A stretch of DNA of 63,862 bases, the filler included, from Intoshia linei (Eukaryota > Animalia > Orthonectida): assembly GCA_001642005.1 (NCBI GenBank). It is 4 parts of 4 records of this genome, joined end to end, with 100 filler letters (N's around TTAATTAATTAA, not from the genome) between each part and the next. Parts side by side here need not be neighbours in the genome. Positions count along the whole stretch, not along the records: positions 1 to 27,273 come from LWCA01000440.1; 3 more parts are not named here. One strand, written 5' to 3'. A program made the translations under genes and the position numbers. The notes under the pieces are model-generated. The model saw only the letters and a list, made by a program, of their open reading frames with translations, did no database searches and was not told where the DNA came from. Below, piece by piece: positions 1 through 12,348 of the stretch; positions within the stretch are counted from its first letter, which is position 1, and every line of letters starts with the position of its first letter.

Positions 1-2
1 TT

Positions 3-284
3 TTCATTAGATCAAAGTCAGTGAAAGAGTTCAAAGAATTGTGGAGACTTTATTTATGCATTATTTCTGAAAATTCTATTGAGACTTGGAGGGATTTATA
101 ATGTAGTTGCTATAATTTCGTCAAGCTTAAAAGGTGTTTACATGTTTATTTTGTCCTTAAATCGAAGAATATGCTGCATCTAATTAATATGCCTCTGAGT
201 GAAAAAAAGAAGCGTGGAAGACCAAAGAAAGTTAAAACGAAGGCTTCTGCGTCTTATTATTCACGCAAGAAAATGGAAATGTGA
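3..284 (+). pseudogene. MULE/Mutator-like transposase C-terminal relic (SWIM zinc finger + AT-hook)
   Basis: Frame 3 reads ...WRDL*CSCYNFVKLKRCLHV...KKKRGRPKK...*. CxC-x-CxH SWIM pattern, RGRP AT-hook, and an in-frame TAA at 99-101. Confidence 0.6.
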
Positions 285-586
285 TTAAATAAAGTTTTTA
301 GTATTTATAAAATTATTAATAAAGTATTTATTAATAACGGTTTTATTCGTATAAATCATGTCAGCATTCAAACGGATTTTAATACATATAAAAAGGGTAT
401 AAGTAATCATTTTAATTTTTTAATATCATTTTTCTGATCTTTATTACGTTTATTTTTTTATTGGCGTGTATTGATTAATTTTGCGTTTTAATAAAAAATT
501 TTGCTTATTTTTAAATAATTTGGCGGCTGGTGTTTAATTTAGCGTATATTCTATTAATATGGCTTACAAAAAAATGGCAACCATAT

Positions 587-702
587 TAAAAATAAAGTAA
601 AAACAGTCCAATCCTAAAAAATGTCATAAATAGCATAAATTCCACAAAAAAAAAATTATAAAAACTTATTTTGTCATTTTCAATGTGATAATATATATTC
701 AG
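587..702. repeat. Dispersed repeat (possible MULE terminal region); inverted copy at ~39543-39720
   Basis: taaaaataaagtaaaaacagtccaatcctaaaaaatgtcataaatagcataaattcc...ttttgtcattttcaatgtgata matches the reverse complement of 39543-39720. Confidence 0.7.
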
Positions 703-852
703 TACCGTTTTAATAAATACTTAAAAATACCAATTATGTATCAATAATTAACGTAATCTTGGAAATCTTAAAAGGATTGTAATAAATATCAAAATGATAA
801 TAACAACGTTGTATTACTTTTAGTTTTGTTGTTGTAGTTTTTATTTAAATTT

Positions 853-1555
853 TATTTAAAATTGTAGCATCAATATTTACATTTTCAATTTTTATTTTAA
901 TCCAAATATTTGAAAAATATTGGTTGATAATATATTCAAAATTATTTTTCATCGGGAATGCGTAGATTTCTCGGGTTGAAATTTTGTATTTATATCAACT
1001 GGAATAAGCTCTATCAGAATAATCTTTTTTTTAATTTTCGGATAGTCAATTATTTCGCATTTTAAATGTTAATAAAATATTTCGGGAAAAAATATATGAA
1101 TACTAAAATACCTTTTTGACCGTGAAGGTGTCACTTAATCTGATTGAAATTTTTTGTATGTGTTAATAGGATACAACTGTACACAATGTACCAATTGTAA
1201 ATTTTTTTAAATTCTAGGGCTGTTTTCATTAAAAAAAAAGGTCATTTAGGGGTTTGGCCCTGAAGATATATTTTTTTTAAATTTAAATTTATGATAATAT
1301 TTATGATTTTACAATCCGTATTAGAATATATCTTTTTTTAAACTTTCCAACTCGTTTGATTTTTAAAAAAAAGGACAATTTGGCTTTTTGACCCGTAAAA
1401 TGTGAGTTTGTGAGGTTGAAATTTATTTTGCTAACACCCCGGAAAAAACTGTAATTGAAATGTGGACTTTATAAAATTCTAAGACGGTTAGTTATTGAAA
1501 TAAACGGGAACACACATACAAACAAACATTGCGTAGCATATTATATAACTAAAGA
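853..1555 (-). mobile_element. Non-autonomous Helitron-like element copy (5' end at 1555, 3' truncated)
   Basis: Minus strand begins TCtttagttatataatatgctacgcaatgtttgtttgtatgtgtg; the body is shared with many other copies in the window. Confidence 0.7.
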
Positions 1556-1620
1556 ATTTCGATTCATCAATTATGCAGTAAAATAGTATTTAAATTTGTT
1601 ACAATAATTACAAAATTTAG

Positions 1621-3302
1621 ATGATGATTGGTATGTTACGAAATTTTTTCAAAACTCGTAAAATTTATAAAAGCGTCCATTCATGTGTTTATATATTTAT
1701 TTCTGTGTTTTCAAGTAATATTTTATAATAAACAATAATATTGTATATATATTATATATATAAATGTAATCAAAACACATTATTACAATTTTTTTTTTAT
1801 CTTTTACCTCGTTACTTGGTTACTCATAAACACTAAAATTTACGACATATAACTCCGTGACCATTTTTAATAGGGTAAAAATTGATCGGCATAAATGAAT
1901 TTTGAAAACTGAAATAAAACCAAATATAAAAAAATGAATATCAAAATGCTTTTTTGACCGTGAAGGCGTCACTTTGTCAGATTGAAACTTTTTATGTGTG
2001 TTAACTGGATATAACTGTATTAGCTGTAATTTTTTTTAAATTCTAAAAGTATTTTCATTTTTTAAAAAAAAGTTAATCTGATGTTTGGATCACAAAAATG
2101 ATATTATTTGGGTTTGCGATTAAACCTCAACCTTGAAAAACTGTATTTTAAATGAGTATTTTGAAAACTCGACTCTTCTTATGTTCTTAAATAAAATGGA
2201 AGAAACAAATAAATGAACAGACATTCTTATCTAAATAATTTTATGTAAGTAAAGATAATGACGTTGAAATTAAAAAAAATATAGTTCTGACATTGCGCAG
2301 ACTTTCAGTCATTTTACACTCTGTAATGTATCTCAATTAGTTATGTTTTATATTAATGCACACTTTAAAATTGTGTAGGTCCTCATTTGGGAACATAACT
2401 GAAATGTTGAAAAAAATGTTTGAAATATGTTTGAAAATGAAAAATTGGTTGATATAATAAAAACCAATATTTAATAAAATAACCTTTAAACCATTATATT
2501 TAGATGTAGCGATTAGTTTGGGTTTTCAATTACCTCTGACTCTAAAAACAACTCCTAATTGGAGTTTATACTTTTGGATATTTTATGTATGCTTTGGGAT
2601 ACTATTTCACGTATTCTGCAGTTTGTATTCAACTGCCATACAAAAGGGTAACAAAATTTTACATTTTCTTTTATATTCTACGTATTTAGCTGAAGGTACA
2701 TTTACTGGTAACATGGGCATTAATCCAGAAAAACATGTTCTAAACGCTGACGAAATTATGGAAGTAATACATTTATTTGTATACAAAATTTAAAAAATTT
2801 CAAGTTAAACTTGAATATCATTAATGGGTTGTCAATCGTGCGGCCCGCGTTATAATATAAATTTTTATTTTTATAAAAAAATTTTTAAATTTATTTTAAA
2901 AAGATCTACAAAACTTTATGTTTAATGTGTTATTTTTTATATTTTTAAATCAACATTCTTATTTTGATATCATTTCACACACATATCATATTTTTTGAAC
3001 CTTTATTTTTTATGGTACCAATTTACCTACGTATATATACGTACGTTGCTATTTTATCAATTTTTAAAACTGCTAGTTGAATGTGCCGCCCACATAATAA
3101 TTTTTCCCCACATTTGGATTGTCAAGCAAATTGAGTTTGACATTCCTAATCATAAATGTTGATTCATCATACATTTTTGATTTGATTAATACAAAATATA
3201 ATTTAGAAACGAAAAAAACTTCAACGGTGGATCATAGCAGCCGGAGTCTATTACCTAACCTTTGGATTTATATTAGTCATGTTACTTAATGTGATTTACT
3301 GA
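1621..3302 (+). CDS. 3' exons of a cytochrome b561 / ferric-chelate reductase (FRRS1-like) membrane protein; exons 1621-1714, 2504-2647, 2690-2763, 3207-3302; 5' part not found
   Basis: Phase-compatible GT-AG splicing gives MMIGMLRNFFKTRKIYKSVHSCVYIFISVFSNVAISLGFQLP...KRKKLQRWIIAAGVYYLTFGFILVMLLNVIY*. This resembles the FRRS1 segment 'LAVFRP...RQMFNWTHWSMG...AMFLG', with the heme-ligand His and terminal TM helices. Confidence 0.55.
1880..2257 (-). mobile_element. Helitron-like family copy (degenerate)
   Basis: Shares the 'tttttgaccgtgaaggcgtcact...gattgaaa' core; ends in ...taagtaaagat (the TC 5' end on the minus strand). Confidence 0.6.
2823..3148 (+). mobile_element. hAT-type MITE (same family as 5595-5952 and 25169-25496), intronic
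   Basis: Contains tgtcaa...tgcggcccgcgttataatataaattttta and ends caagcaaattgagtttgacattcc, as in the 25169 copy. Confidence 0.6.
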
Positions 3303-4178
3303 ATTTTATTAAATATATATTAAATTTTGTATTACATTTTTCATAATTATTCATTTTACAATTTCGAAACAAATGAGAATTGACTCTATAAAGTGTATTA
3401 TTTACCACTTTACCATCTAGACGCAAGTGAGTTTTATCAAATGTATATATTCGAATCACGATTAGTATAATAGCGATATATCATGCATGTTAATTTACTA
3501 AGAATTCAAGAATTCTTATCTCAATCTCTGAAAATGAAATTTAATTTTAAATTTTTGATTTAATATCGCTCACTGAAAAATTTTCGTAACTATCAATTTT
3601 CAAATTTAATTTAAATTTACATTTATTCTATTCAAAAATTGTTTTAATAATTAAATTAACAATGTAAATCAAAATTTAATCACACTTTGAACTTTTAAAC
3701 AAAAAATATATAATACGGACGCATTTAATGTTTTAGTGTTTTACGATTTTCTGTATATTTTAAAATTTGATTTTTTCTTGAATTTTAATTATTTAATTAA
3801 ATAAATATGAAAACGTTCGCACTTGACAGGCTAGATATTGTTTTTATGCATTACAAAACAGACAGATGATACTTATAAAAATTTTCAAATTTGATCAAAA
3901 TTGTTCTATACATCTCTTAATCTTATATCCCTCGAAAGTATAAAAAATATAATATTTAAAATCAAAATTATAATTATCTGTATAAAAAATATAATAACAT
4001 AGAATGAAGTTAATTAGTTTCAAAATAATATAGTTGCATCTAAGTAAAAGCGTAATTAAATTGATTCTTGAAATTATTAGTCGATATATTCGTACAAATC
4101 AATTTATAAATTGATTATCAAGATTAAGTTTTATGTCATATTCATACCATTTCATTTATCAGTTGTGAATTTACGTGA

Positions 4179-4409
4179 ATGATGAAATTTTCCATTATAT
4201 TTGCATTGTTTGTTATTATGTGGAATTGCGCTGAATCGGCGAATGTCAACAAAGAAAAGTACATGTCACAGTTTTGGAGTATGTTGAGCTATCGTGATCA
4301 GTGTTTCATTACCTGTTTAAGTGCAAAAGTCAAGGTTTATACATGTGTCTTTAATTAATATTTAATTTAGTATAAATGTGCAAACCAATGTTTGCGATTA
4401 TATGGATGA
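4179..4409 (+). CDS. Small secreted cysteine-hairpin peptide, 64 aa; exons 4179-4334 and 4371-4409
   Basis: MMKFSIIFALFVIMWNCAESA-NVNKEKYMSQFWSMLSYRDQCFITCLSAKVK|YKCANQCLRLYG*. Signal-peptide-like N-terminus, a 36-nt GT-AG phase-0 intron of the size typical here, and two CX3C motifs. Confidence 0.65.
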
Positions 4410-4866
4410 TGTCTCAATATGTTATTATCTTAAATATTCAATTGTTTTATGTTTATTTATAACATGGGTGGTAAATTAAACTTTTAAATTGTTATTTTAC
4501 AATATCATCATTTTAAATGACTATGTTAATTAATTTTTTTATTTTAAGAAATAAATATTTCTGTAAAGTTTAGACATAGATATTATATGAACCGTTATAA
4601 TTCGTTTTCATGCGACTCATACAACAGTGTTTTCCAAACTTTTTTAAACAATAGCCCTTTTCGTCATTAAAAAATAATCGCCTCATCAATCCATTTATTT
4701 GTACAATGTACAATTTATAAAATAAATAACAAATTGTTTTTGATGAGAACCTTGAGCCTGATGTTTATCACATAATACATTGAAATCGATCTGAGATCAA
4801 TGAAAACATTAGTAAATATTGTACTAAACATTATTATCCTATTTCTATATCCAAGCAAATAACTTT

Positions 4867-5084
4867 CACGTAGTTAGTGAGCATAGTAAATGACAGTGAC
4901 TTGCATATATTAAATAATTATTTCCGGAAATTTTTTATTCTAAATACTATTCTGGTCATTACTCCAAAATATACTAAAAATAGATAAAAATATTTATTAT
5001 TAAAAAATTTTCTAGTTCATAAAATAAAATTTAAAAATCATCCGTTGGCAATCACTATAATTTACTATGCTCACTAACTACGTG
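4867..5084. mobile_element. MITE with 25-bp perfect terminal inverted repeats starting CAC
   Basis: cacgtagttagtgagcatagtaaat at 4867 and atttactatgctcactaactacgtg ending at 5084; flanks cttt/ctat. Confidence 0.75.
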
Positions 5085-5594
5085 CTATTGTTAATGCGTT
5101 TATAAAATTTAACAATATATTCTTCAGTTAACAATTTATAAAAACTTTTCTATTAATAATTCTAAGAATTGTCGATCAGTTTCATGAGTCCTGCTTCATT
5201 ATCAATTATAATATAATAATCTGTATTAATAAAATAATTATAATTATCTAATCAATAAAAATTTACAAAAAATATAAAATATGTAAAAAAATGACACAAT
5301 TTTTGTTTTATTATTAAAATTTTCACAATTAGGTTTACAAATATCAATAGAACCCTCTTAAAAATTTTGTTTGAATAATATCCTATTAACGATATCACAT
5401 TATTTTAGTATAGTCTAATATTTGACATTAACTATTAAAAACAAAGCCGCCCACTTTAGACCTCGTTTTTTACAGTAAAAAAGATGCAATCTTCAATATC
5501 TTGCATTATAAGGATGATGTTAAACAGTTACATTATTTTATTGTTATCTATACATATAATATGTTTATTAGTGTATTTCACGGTATGTCACTAC

Positions 5595-5952
5595 TAGGAA
5601 TGTCAGACTCAATTTTCTTGGCGGGCTAAATGTAAAAAAAATTATTACGCGGGCCGCACAAAAAAATCTTTACTCAAAAAATTATGTTAAAACTAACAAA
5701 TTTAATTAATTTATAATAATTTTAATTCATAAAATGAAATAAGAAACAATAAAAACAAAATAAGTGTAAAAATAATGTTAAAATTGTAATAATGAATAAA
5801 TATATCATGAAAAATAGATGAAAAAACTGTAAAATAAGAAGTATGTGTAAAAAATTGTTATAAAAAAATAAAAATTTATATTATAACGCGGGCCGCACAT
5901 TCCATAATTGGGGGCCGCAAATGGCCCGAGGGTCGCATAATTGACATTACTA
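5595..5952 (-). mobile_element. hAT-type MITE with 8-bp TSD gtcactac
   Basis: TSD at 5587-5594 and 5953-5960; TIRs taggaatgtca/tgacattacta; inverted homolog of 25169-25496. Confidence 0.8.
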
Positions 5953-6361
5953 GTCACTACGAAGCACTTTAGAACCAAATCACTAGTTTTATAAAACTTA
6001 AAATATTGTGAAAAAAATTTTTATAAAAATTTGTTTGAAGTGGCAAAAGATAAAATAATATTTCGATATTTATATGATGATCAAAATCAATTTGATAACT
6101 AAATTGTATTGTAAAAAATTAAAAAAATTAAACTTAAATAAGGAGTGAATTATATACATCTACGTGAATTTAAAACTAATGTATGATCAGAGATTTTTTC
6201 TATTGGTCCCTGTTGTCAATATATATTATACAGTAGTAACCTACAACAACAAATTAATAATGATCTCAGCTTGCATTATTTACTTTGTATATTTTGATTA
6301 TTTTAATTTAGCCCCAGTTTCTTTATTTTGAATTTTAGTATATATAACACTTATATACATG

Positions 6362-6626
6362 CAGGGCCATGAAGACCATTAGTAGGCTTCGATCAGATAC
6401 AAATTGTAGGCCTGTATAAATTTTTTTTAAAAAATGGGACCTCTATACATTGCTTAATCGATCGTTCATTATCTAAAAATTTAAAATAACTAATTAGACT
6501 GTTAATAGAACATTTTATTATACAATAATTTAAATTTTCAATGATTACCTATAAATAAATTAAAAAAGTAGGTCCTCATGATTGTAGGTCCGGGTCATAT
6601 GGCCCTAACCACTCTCCACGGTCCTG
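6362..6626. mobile_element. hAT-type MITE with 8-bp TSD tatacatg
   Basis: TIR cagggccatgaaga / tctccacggtcctg; TSD at 6354-6361 and 6627-6634; related inverted copy at ~21885-22130. Confidence 0.8.
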
Positions 6627-7625
6627 TATACATGGTTTATTAATTTTTAATTAAAAATATTAAGTTATTGCACTTATTTGTTACAAAATATAGATGCATG
6701 ACGAAATTTTTAAAATTTATATTTTTATAAATAAATAATATCATCTTTCCATGATAAAATTTCAAATACACATTTTAAATGTGAACCGGATACTAAAAAC
6801 ATTGTAATACAATTAAAAAATATTCATTTTAACTATTAAATTGATTTCAATTGATAAATGTATATTAAGCAGTTAATATATTGTCTTAGTAATTGAAAAA
6901 ATCGATAAGATGTGTCGCAAAAAATATACAAAATACAAAGTATTGTATGTGATACAGTATATAAAAAAATTAAATTGTTAATTAATCAGTAATGTCAAAC
7001 ATGCGGCCATTTAAATTTAAGTAATTGAATATCAAATTAATTTCAATATATTAACATACATGTATGTAAGTAACATGACGTTACTTTTACTGGTGATGTT
7101 ACTAACATATATAATTATAGATTATAGAAATGTTTTTGTAAAAGAAAATATCAGATATTAAAAATAAAAATTGAATTTCCTATTTAGTTTTTATTTACAT
7201 TTTGACAATTCTGTACAAAATGACATGTTGTAGCATATTAGGAAGTGGTAAAATTTTGATATTATAACAATGAGGTATTATAACATACGTATTGACTTTT
7301 TTATTGTTCATTAAAAAAAAAGTAATAAAAAAGAAAAAAAAGTCAATATAAAAATCTAAAAGTAACAAAAAATGTATCTAAATATCATTAATGATAATAA
7401 ATTATATTAAACTAATGCATTAGTGTTGAATAAATGTAGTTAAGCAAATAAAACATTAAAGCTTTAATGGGAGCATCAAAAAATTATATTTAAGCGGAAT
7501 TAACTGAATAAAGTTGATTACCACTGCTTTAATTGGATAAATTTCAATAACATAACATTTATTAACGACAAACTAAACCATAATAATTTGAATCTTATCA
7601 GTGATATGTGATCTGTGATAAATTA

Positions 7626-10600
7626 TCACATATAATTATGAGCTTGATTCTTGATTGCAGATGGATTGAATTTAATAATGTATACAGTTGAATTTTCGTT
7701 GTGCCATTGTGTTTTAACTGTACAAGTCTAATTGATAATATACTAGTGGTTCTTAAACTATGAAATCCACAAAATCCGACCCAGTTCACCCACACTTGAC
7801 ATTAAAATTTTTATGACGTCTCAAAAATACTCAAAACAAAAATAATTATTATATTTAAATAAATATTGTTTTTTGAATTGAAAATAGTCATTTTGAATAC
7901 ACAATCTGTAAAAATCTTTTGCAAACTCATTGATAAATTATACAGACTCCAGTTTAAGAAACACTGCAATATACAATGTAATTATAATTATTAATGTTTA
8001 CATTTTATAATTTAATTAATATTTATAATAATGTTAATATTTAAATTATGTAATAATGCCACACAATAAAATGCATTTAAATAATTGCAGTTTAATTTAA
8101 ACCACATTGTGTGCCAACTGCATATCTTCCTCGATTTTTCCCATATGTGGTTTAATCATAATAAAAAACTTATGATAATTACAAAATTTGTAGAATTTAA
8201 AAATCCCTCTATTATTCCTCCAATATACGCAGCACAATTTGGACGGTTTTCTAATAACATAGTTACATTAATGCATATCGATTTATTCATATTATACCTA
8301 ATGGATCTGTTGACAATGGTATACATTTTGTTATGAAAGGTTTTGATTCAAAAATATAATCTAAATACGTTTTACTAATACATAAATATACATAAATACA
8401 TTCAATGGACAGTCGATTCTGTTCTATATGAACACGATGGGGCCAGGTTTTGATCATGTTCATACTATACTGTAATATGAACATATATGAATGGCGATAA
8501 TAATATAATTAAAAGTTTCGAAATGTCCCACTAAATGTTTGTTCAAACAAAATTGTCGTGTTCATATTGATCTGAGTTCATATTCTAGGGTGTTCATATA
8601 AAACAGAATCGACTTTATTTATAAATGAATGTAAACTGGACATCAAAACCTTCAAAATCTTATATTTTCACGACCAAAACAACAAATTACCCTTTTTTAT
8701 AAAAATGAAAAAATGTCCTAGAATTTTATAAAACATACATTCTAAGATAGTTTTTAAAATCATAAGCATAATCATAAATGGCAACCTCAAAATGTTCATT
8801 TTCACAATCAAAACCACAGATTACCCTTTTTTTAAAAAACGAAAACAGCCCTAGAATTTTTAAAAAAATTACAGATGATATCCAGTTAACACACACAAAA
8901 AATGTCAATCGGACAATATGACGCTTCATGGTCAAAAAAGCACTCATGTATTTACTCGGCATAGCTACATTATATGTAGGTACTGATTGTACAAAGTACA
9001 TAAATTCAAGCTACTGTCTTTTCTCGATTATAAGCAGACCCCTGAAATACAAATTTTTAGTAAAATTTTTAACTAAATAAATTTTCAATATAAGCAGTTT
9101 CTGTTTGTATTCGAAAGAAAGAACTTTAAAAAAGAAATAAACAACATATCAATTTATTTCTAAAAAATAACTTCCTTCATACAATAGAATGTCTAATTTA
9201 TAAGTTTATACTAATTAGAAAAAAACTTTTAGTGTATTTTTTATATTTTTCAAGGTCTGCTTAAAAGTCTGCTTGTTTTTGATTATGAGCATTTTTTTTT
9301 CTCTCGATTATTAGAAGACTTCTTATAATCGAGAAAAGACAGTAGTATATTACATTAGTTATAATTACATGTCAATTCATCACCACTACCTTGTTCAACA
9401 CTGTCTGGTTTTTTTTGAAATAAACTCTGAAATTTTAATTAAAAAGAATACGTTTAAATCAATAATATATAATTACTTTCCACAGCGTGCTAGAAATGAG
9501 GTTTAGAATATCGGCAATATTATTTTCTTTTTTAAACGACTTTTCCCTCCATACTAAGACGTCTATTAAATGTTTGCCAGTGGTATTTCCAATTTTAGTC
9601 AATCTGTACAATCAATACATTAATGATTAAAATAGGGATCGCCAAAGCGGGTCATATGGAAACTGGGTAAGTTAAATATATTTATGGTTGAATGGTTTAC
9701 ATTTTTAGGCTAATATAATATTATGATGGTTACGAACCATGTTATTTTATTCTTTAGATCAGTGGCCACCAAACTTTTTGACATGGGGCCGGAATAACTA
9801 AAAAATTAAGATACTTTAGCAAAAGCACTTTAGTATTCATATACAGTAATCTCTCCAGAACTCGCCAACTCTGTATCTCGCCATTGATTTAAAATATAAA
9901 ACTAAAATTTTTAAAACTATTTTTCAGAATTATTTACGATTTTGTGTACTTAAGTTTTATATCACGTTGAAATTTAAAATGCTTCTAAATCGCAAAAGAA
10001 AAGGTTTAATAAAGCAGATGGATAATAAATTTATTTAAAAAGATGAATCTGTATAGTACACTTACAAAAAATTGTATTTATATTCTATTCTATTTACTGA
10101 TTTATTATTTAGTAAACCCATTTTTATAATTCAAATGTAATTTTTAGAAATTATTTAATTAAAAAAATAAGTAATTAATTTCAGCTGCAAAAATGTATTT
10201 TTTGATACGATAGATTTTAATTATTTTGTATTAAATTTTACAATTTCATTGGAATTTAACCTTTTATTTAAAAGTTTTATCTGTTATTTCTATAGTTTTA
10301 AATCCTCTATCTCACCACATTCCCTATCTCGCCAACGTTTTCGAAATCCCAAGAATGGCGAGTTATAGAGAGAATATTGTATTTTATTAAAACAAAAAAT
10401 GTGAAATAATCAACGGTCCGAAAATTAAAAAAAGAAGATTACTCTGATAGAGCTTATTCCAGTTGATATAAATACAAAATTTCAAGCCCACAAATTTACG
10501 CATTGCAATATATTATCAACAAATATTTTTGAAATATTTCGATTAAAATAAAAATTAAAAATGTAAATATTAATCCTACAATTTCAAAAAAAATGTGCAT

Positions 10601-11944
10601 TGAACGTCTACACATTTCCAATGTAGAAACATGGGTACAAATTTACATAATTCATTCCTTCGGAATTTTTTTTATTTTCTCTATTTTCAATTCTCTTTAA
10701 AGTAAAAAGTAATGTGATATGATGGTTCCACCTGAAAAAAGTTTGGGAACCACTTCTTTAAAGGATTGATAATAGTGAATAGTAGGATTTTTAAGTTAGA
10801 TTTTCAACGTGAATTTATTTTTTAAGTATAATAAAAATGTGCTCTCGGCAGAGCTAGGTCCTGTTTGTACGTAGTATGTAAATTTATTTTTTGGTAGTAT
10901 AAAAATGTTCCCTCGGTAGAACTAGGCTACGGGGATTGATAATAGTGAATAGTAGAATTTTTAAGTTAGATTTTCAACGTGAATTTTTTGATATCATAAA
11001 AATGGGCCCTCGGCAAAGCTAGGTGCTGTTTGTACGTTGTACATAACAGTCAACCTAGTGTATCTATAAAATGTATGTACTTTAGATATTTAATAGACAT
11101 TTTTTACGTTTTATAATATTAAATAATTGATCATTACAATAAATAATAAAAATTTGAAAAAAATCAGATTCAGCTGCCGGCGTACTATTTTGGAAGCACT
11201 ACATTAGAGTTTGCAACACGTTCCGACGCACGATTATGAGTCCGAAGATTAGATATTTGTTTTCAGATTATACAGCTACCGAATGATTGTAAACCATAAT
11301 TTTTAATTTGTAAACATTTTGAAAGTTTGTTCTTCAGACCGAAATGTTTGGATTGCGTTGCAAAAACTCTACTACATAATAACTATTTACTATAGAATAT
11401 ACTTTTCTTGTAATAAATCTATCGATGAGGTCACAGATTTAGCATAATTAACAATCGCACAAAAAAGCAATGCTAAAGTATCAAATTGTATCTAAATTAA
11501 TGTTATCATTTTTTTATATTTAACGATGGAATGGTAAAATTGATAATGTTGGCATTCAGTAAAATATTAACATTAGGGAATGTTATGAAAAAATTACAAT
11601 TTAGGCTTAAAAATTTAATAGTTTAGTCATTATATGGTACCGCGAGGATAACATAGTTATGACATAATTGGTAAGCCACACATTAACTGGTTAGTTCAAA
11701 TGCTGTATTTTGTTCAAATAAAATTTTCGGTTAATTTGACGACACTGTTTATGTGAAACATACATACAAAGTATATTATGTCCAAGGATTGATTAATAGA
11801 ATTAAAAAATAGTTTGATCCACTATTAATAATAATACTACTAATGATTTAGACAATTAACAAAAATAAAAACATCATATCGTGTTTTTCCAATAGATTTT
11901 TCAAATATAGCCAATTTAGAATTTTCAATAAATTTTTCTTGCAT
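7626..11944 (-). CDS. TRAPPC5: Trafficking protein particle complex subunit 5 (Trs31); 7 exons: 11944-11873, ~11490-11403, ~9603-9477, ~9426-9369, 8360-8298, 8250-8183, 7727-7626
   Basis: Spliced product MQEKFIENSKLAIFEKSIGKTRYDIQFDTLALLFCAIVNY...LIDVLVWREKSFKKE...LWKSLFQKKPDSVEQG...YYIFESKPFITKCI...NCAAYIGGIIEGFLNSTNFTCTVKTQWH...TVYIIKF is collinear with known TRAPPC5 motifs (ALLFSELVQ, WKALFGKEADKLEQ, NCASFTAGIVEAVL, TAHWH). Confidence 0.9.
8411..8613. mobile_element. Tc1/mariner (pogo/Tigger-like) MITE in a TRAPPC5 intron
   Basis: Inverted repeat agtcgattctgttctatatgaacac / gtgttcatataaaacagaatcgact. Confidence 0.65.
9014..9342. mobile_element. Tc1/mariner-type MITE with TA TSD
   Basis: ta|ctgtcttttctcgattataag ... 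cttataatcgagaaaagacag|ta. Confidence 0.8.
9844..10379. mobile_element. pogo/Tigger-type MITE with TA flanks; partial copy at ~58140-58207
   Basis: ta|cagtaatctctccagaactcgcc ... ggcgagttatagagagaatattg|ta. Confidence 0.65.
10381..11058 (+). mobile_element. Helitron-like copy with intact 3' end and an internal tandem duplication
   Basis: Subterminal hairpin ctgtttgtac-gtt-gtacataacag, then CTAG at 11055-11058 followed by T; the block ggattgataatagtgaatagtag occurs twice. Confidence 0.75.
11205..11371. mobile_element. MITE with TIR tagagtttgcaac; same family as ~24140-24624
   Basis: tagagtttgcaacacg / gcgttgcaaaaactcta with flanking ctacat duplication. Confidence 0.65.
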
Positions 11945-12028
11945 AGTTGATAAAATAAATAAAATTACATTTAATATACGTGACAACGTTTTTCATTATA
12001 TTTGATAATGAATCCACAAAAACTAGTT

Positions 12029-12348
12029 GAAATGAGTGTTGACAGTGCAGAACGAACCAAGCTCGAGGCGACCCAATAATGCAAAATAGGACCCACTATT
12101 TTTTCTCAAACGATGCGCACTGTGCATTGCGTAGTGTCATATAGCCGTTAGCCACCTATCCAAGGCTCTTGGCTAGACATTTTATATTCAAGAATATATT
12201 TTTATTAATTTACAATTTGGAAAAATGCGGCCCTATTTTATCAAAAATTCGTCGATGCAACCGAAGAGTGATCTCGAGGTACGGTACGTTCTGCACCGAG
12301 TGTTGGCCAATCAGATCAACGGTAAATGTGAAGCTGTACTCGCATTTT
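12029..12348 (-). ncRNA. Candidate structured non-coding RNA (unassigned family)
   Basis: GC-richer island with nested complementary blocks 12045-12058/12283-12296, 12062-12067/12273-12278 and 12083-12093/12229-12239. Several mismatches become G-U pairs only on the minus strand. Confidence 0.45.

Noticed and set aside
8726-9001. 91-aa ORF, and similar ORFs at 12876, 39781, 43121-43535, 55929 and 60743
   Set aside because: They lie within Helitron-family or tandem repeats and have no coding signature.
12029-12348. Assignment as SRP, RNase P/MRP, U4, U12 or telomerase RNA
   Set aside because: Only short partial resemblances (e.g. gacgaatttttga as in U12; tatccaaggc as in U4). The diagnostic cores and a CCCUAA template were not found, so the family is left unassigned.
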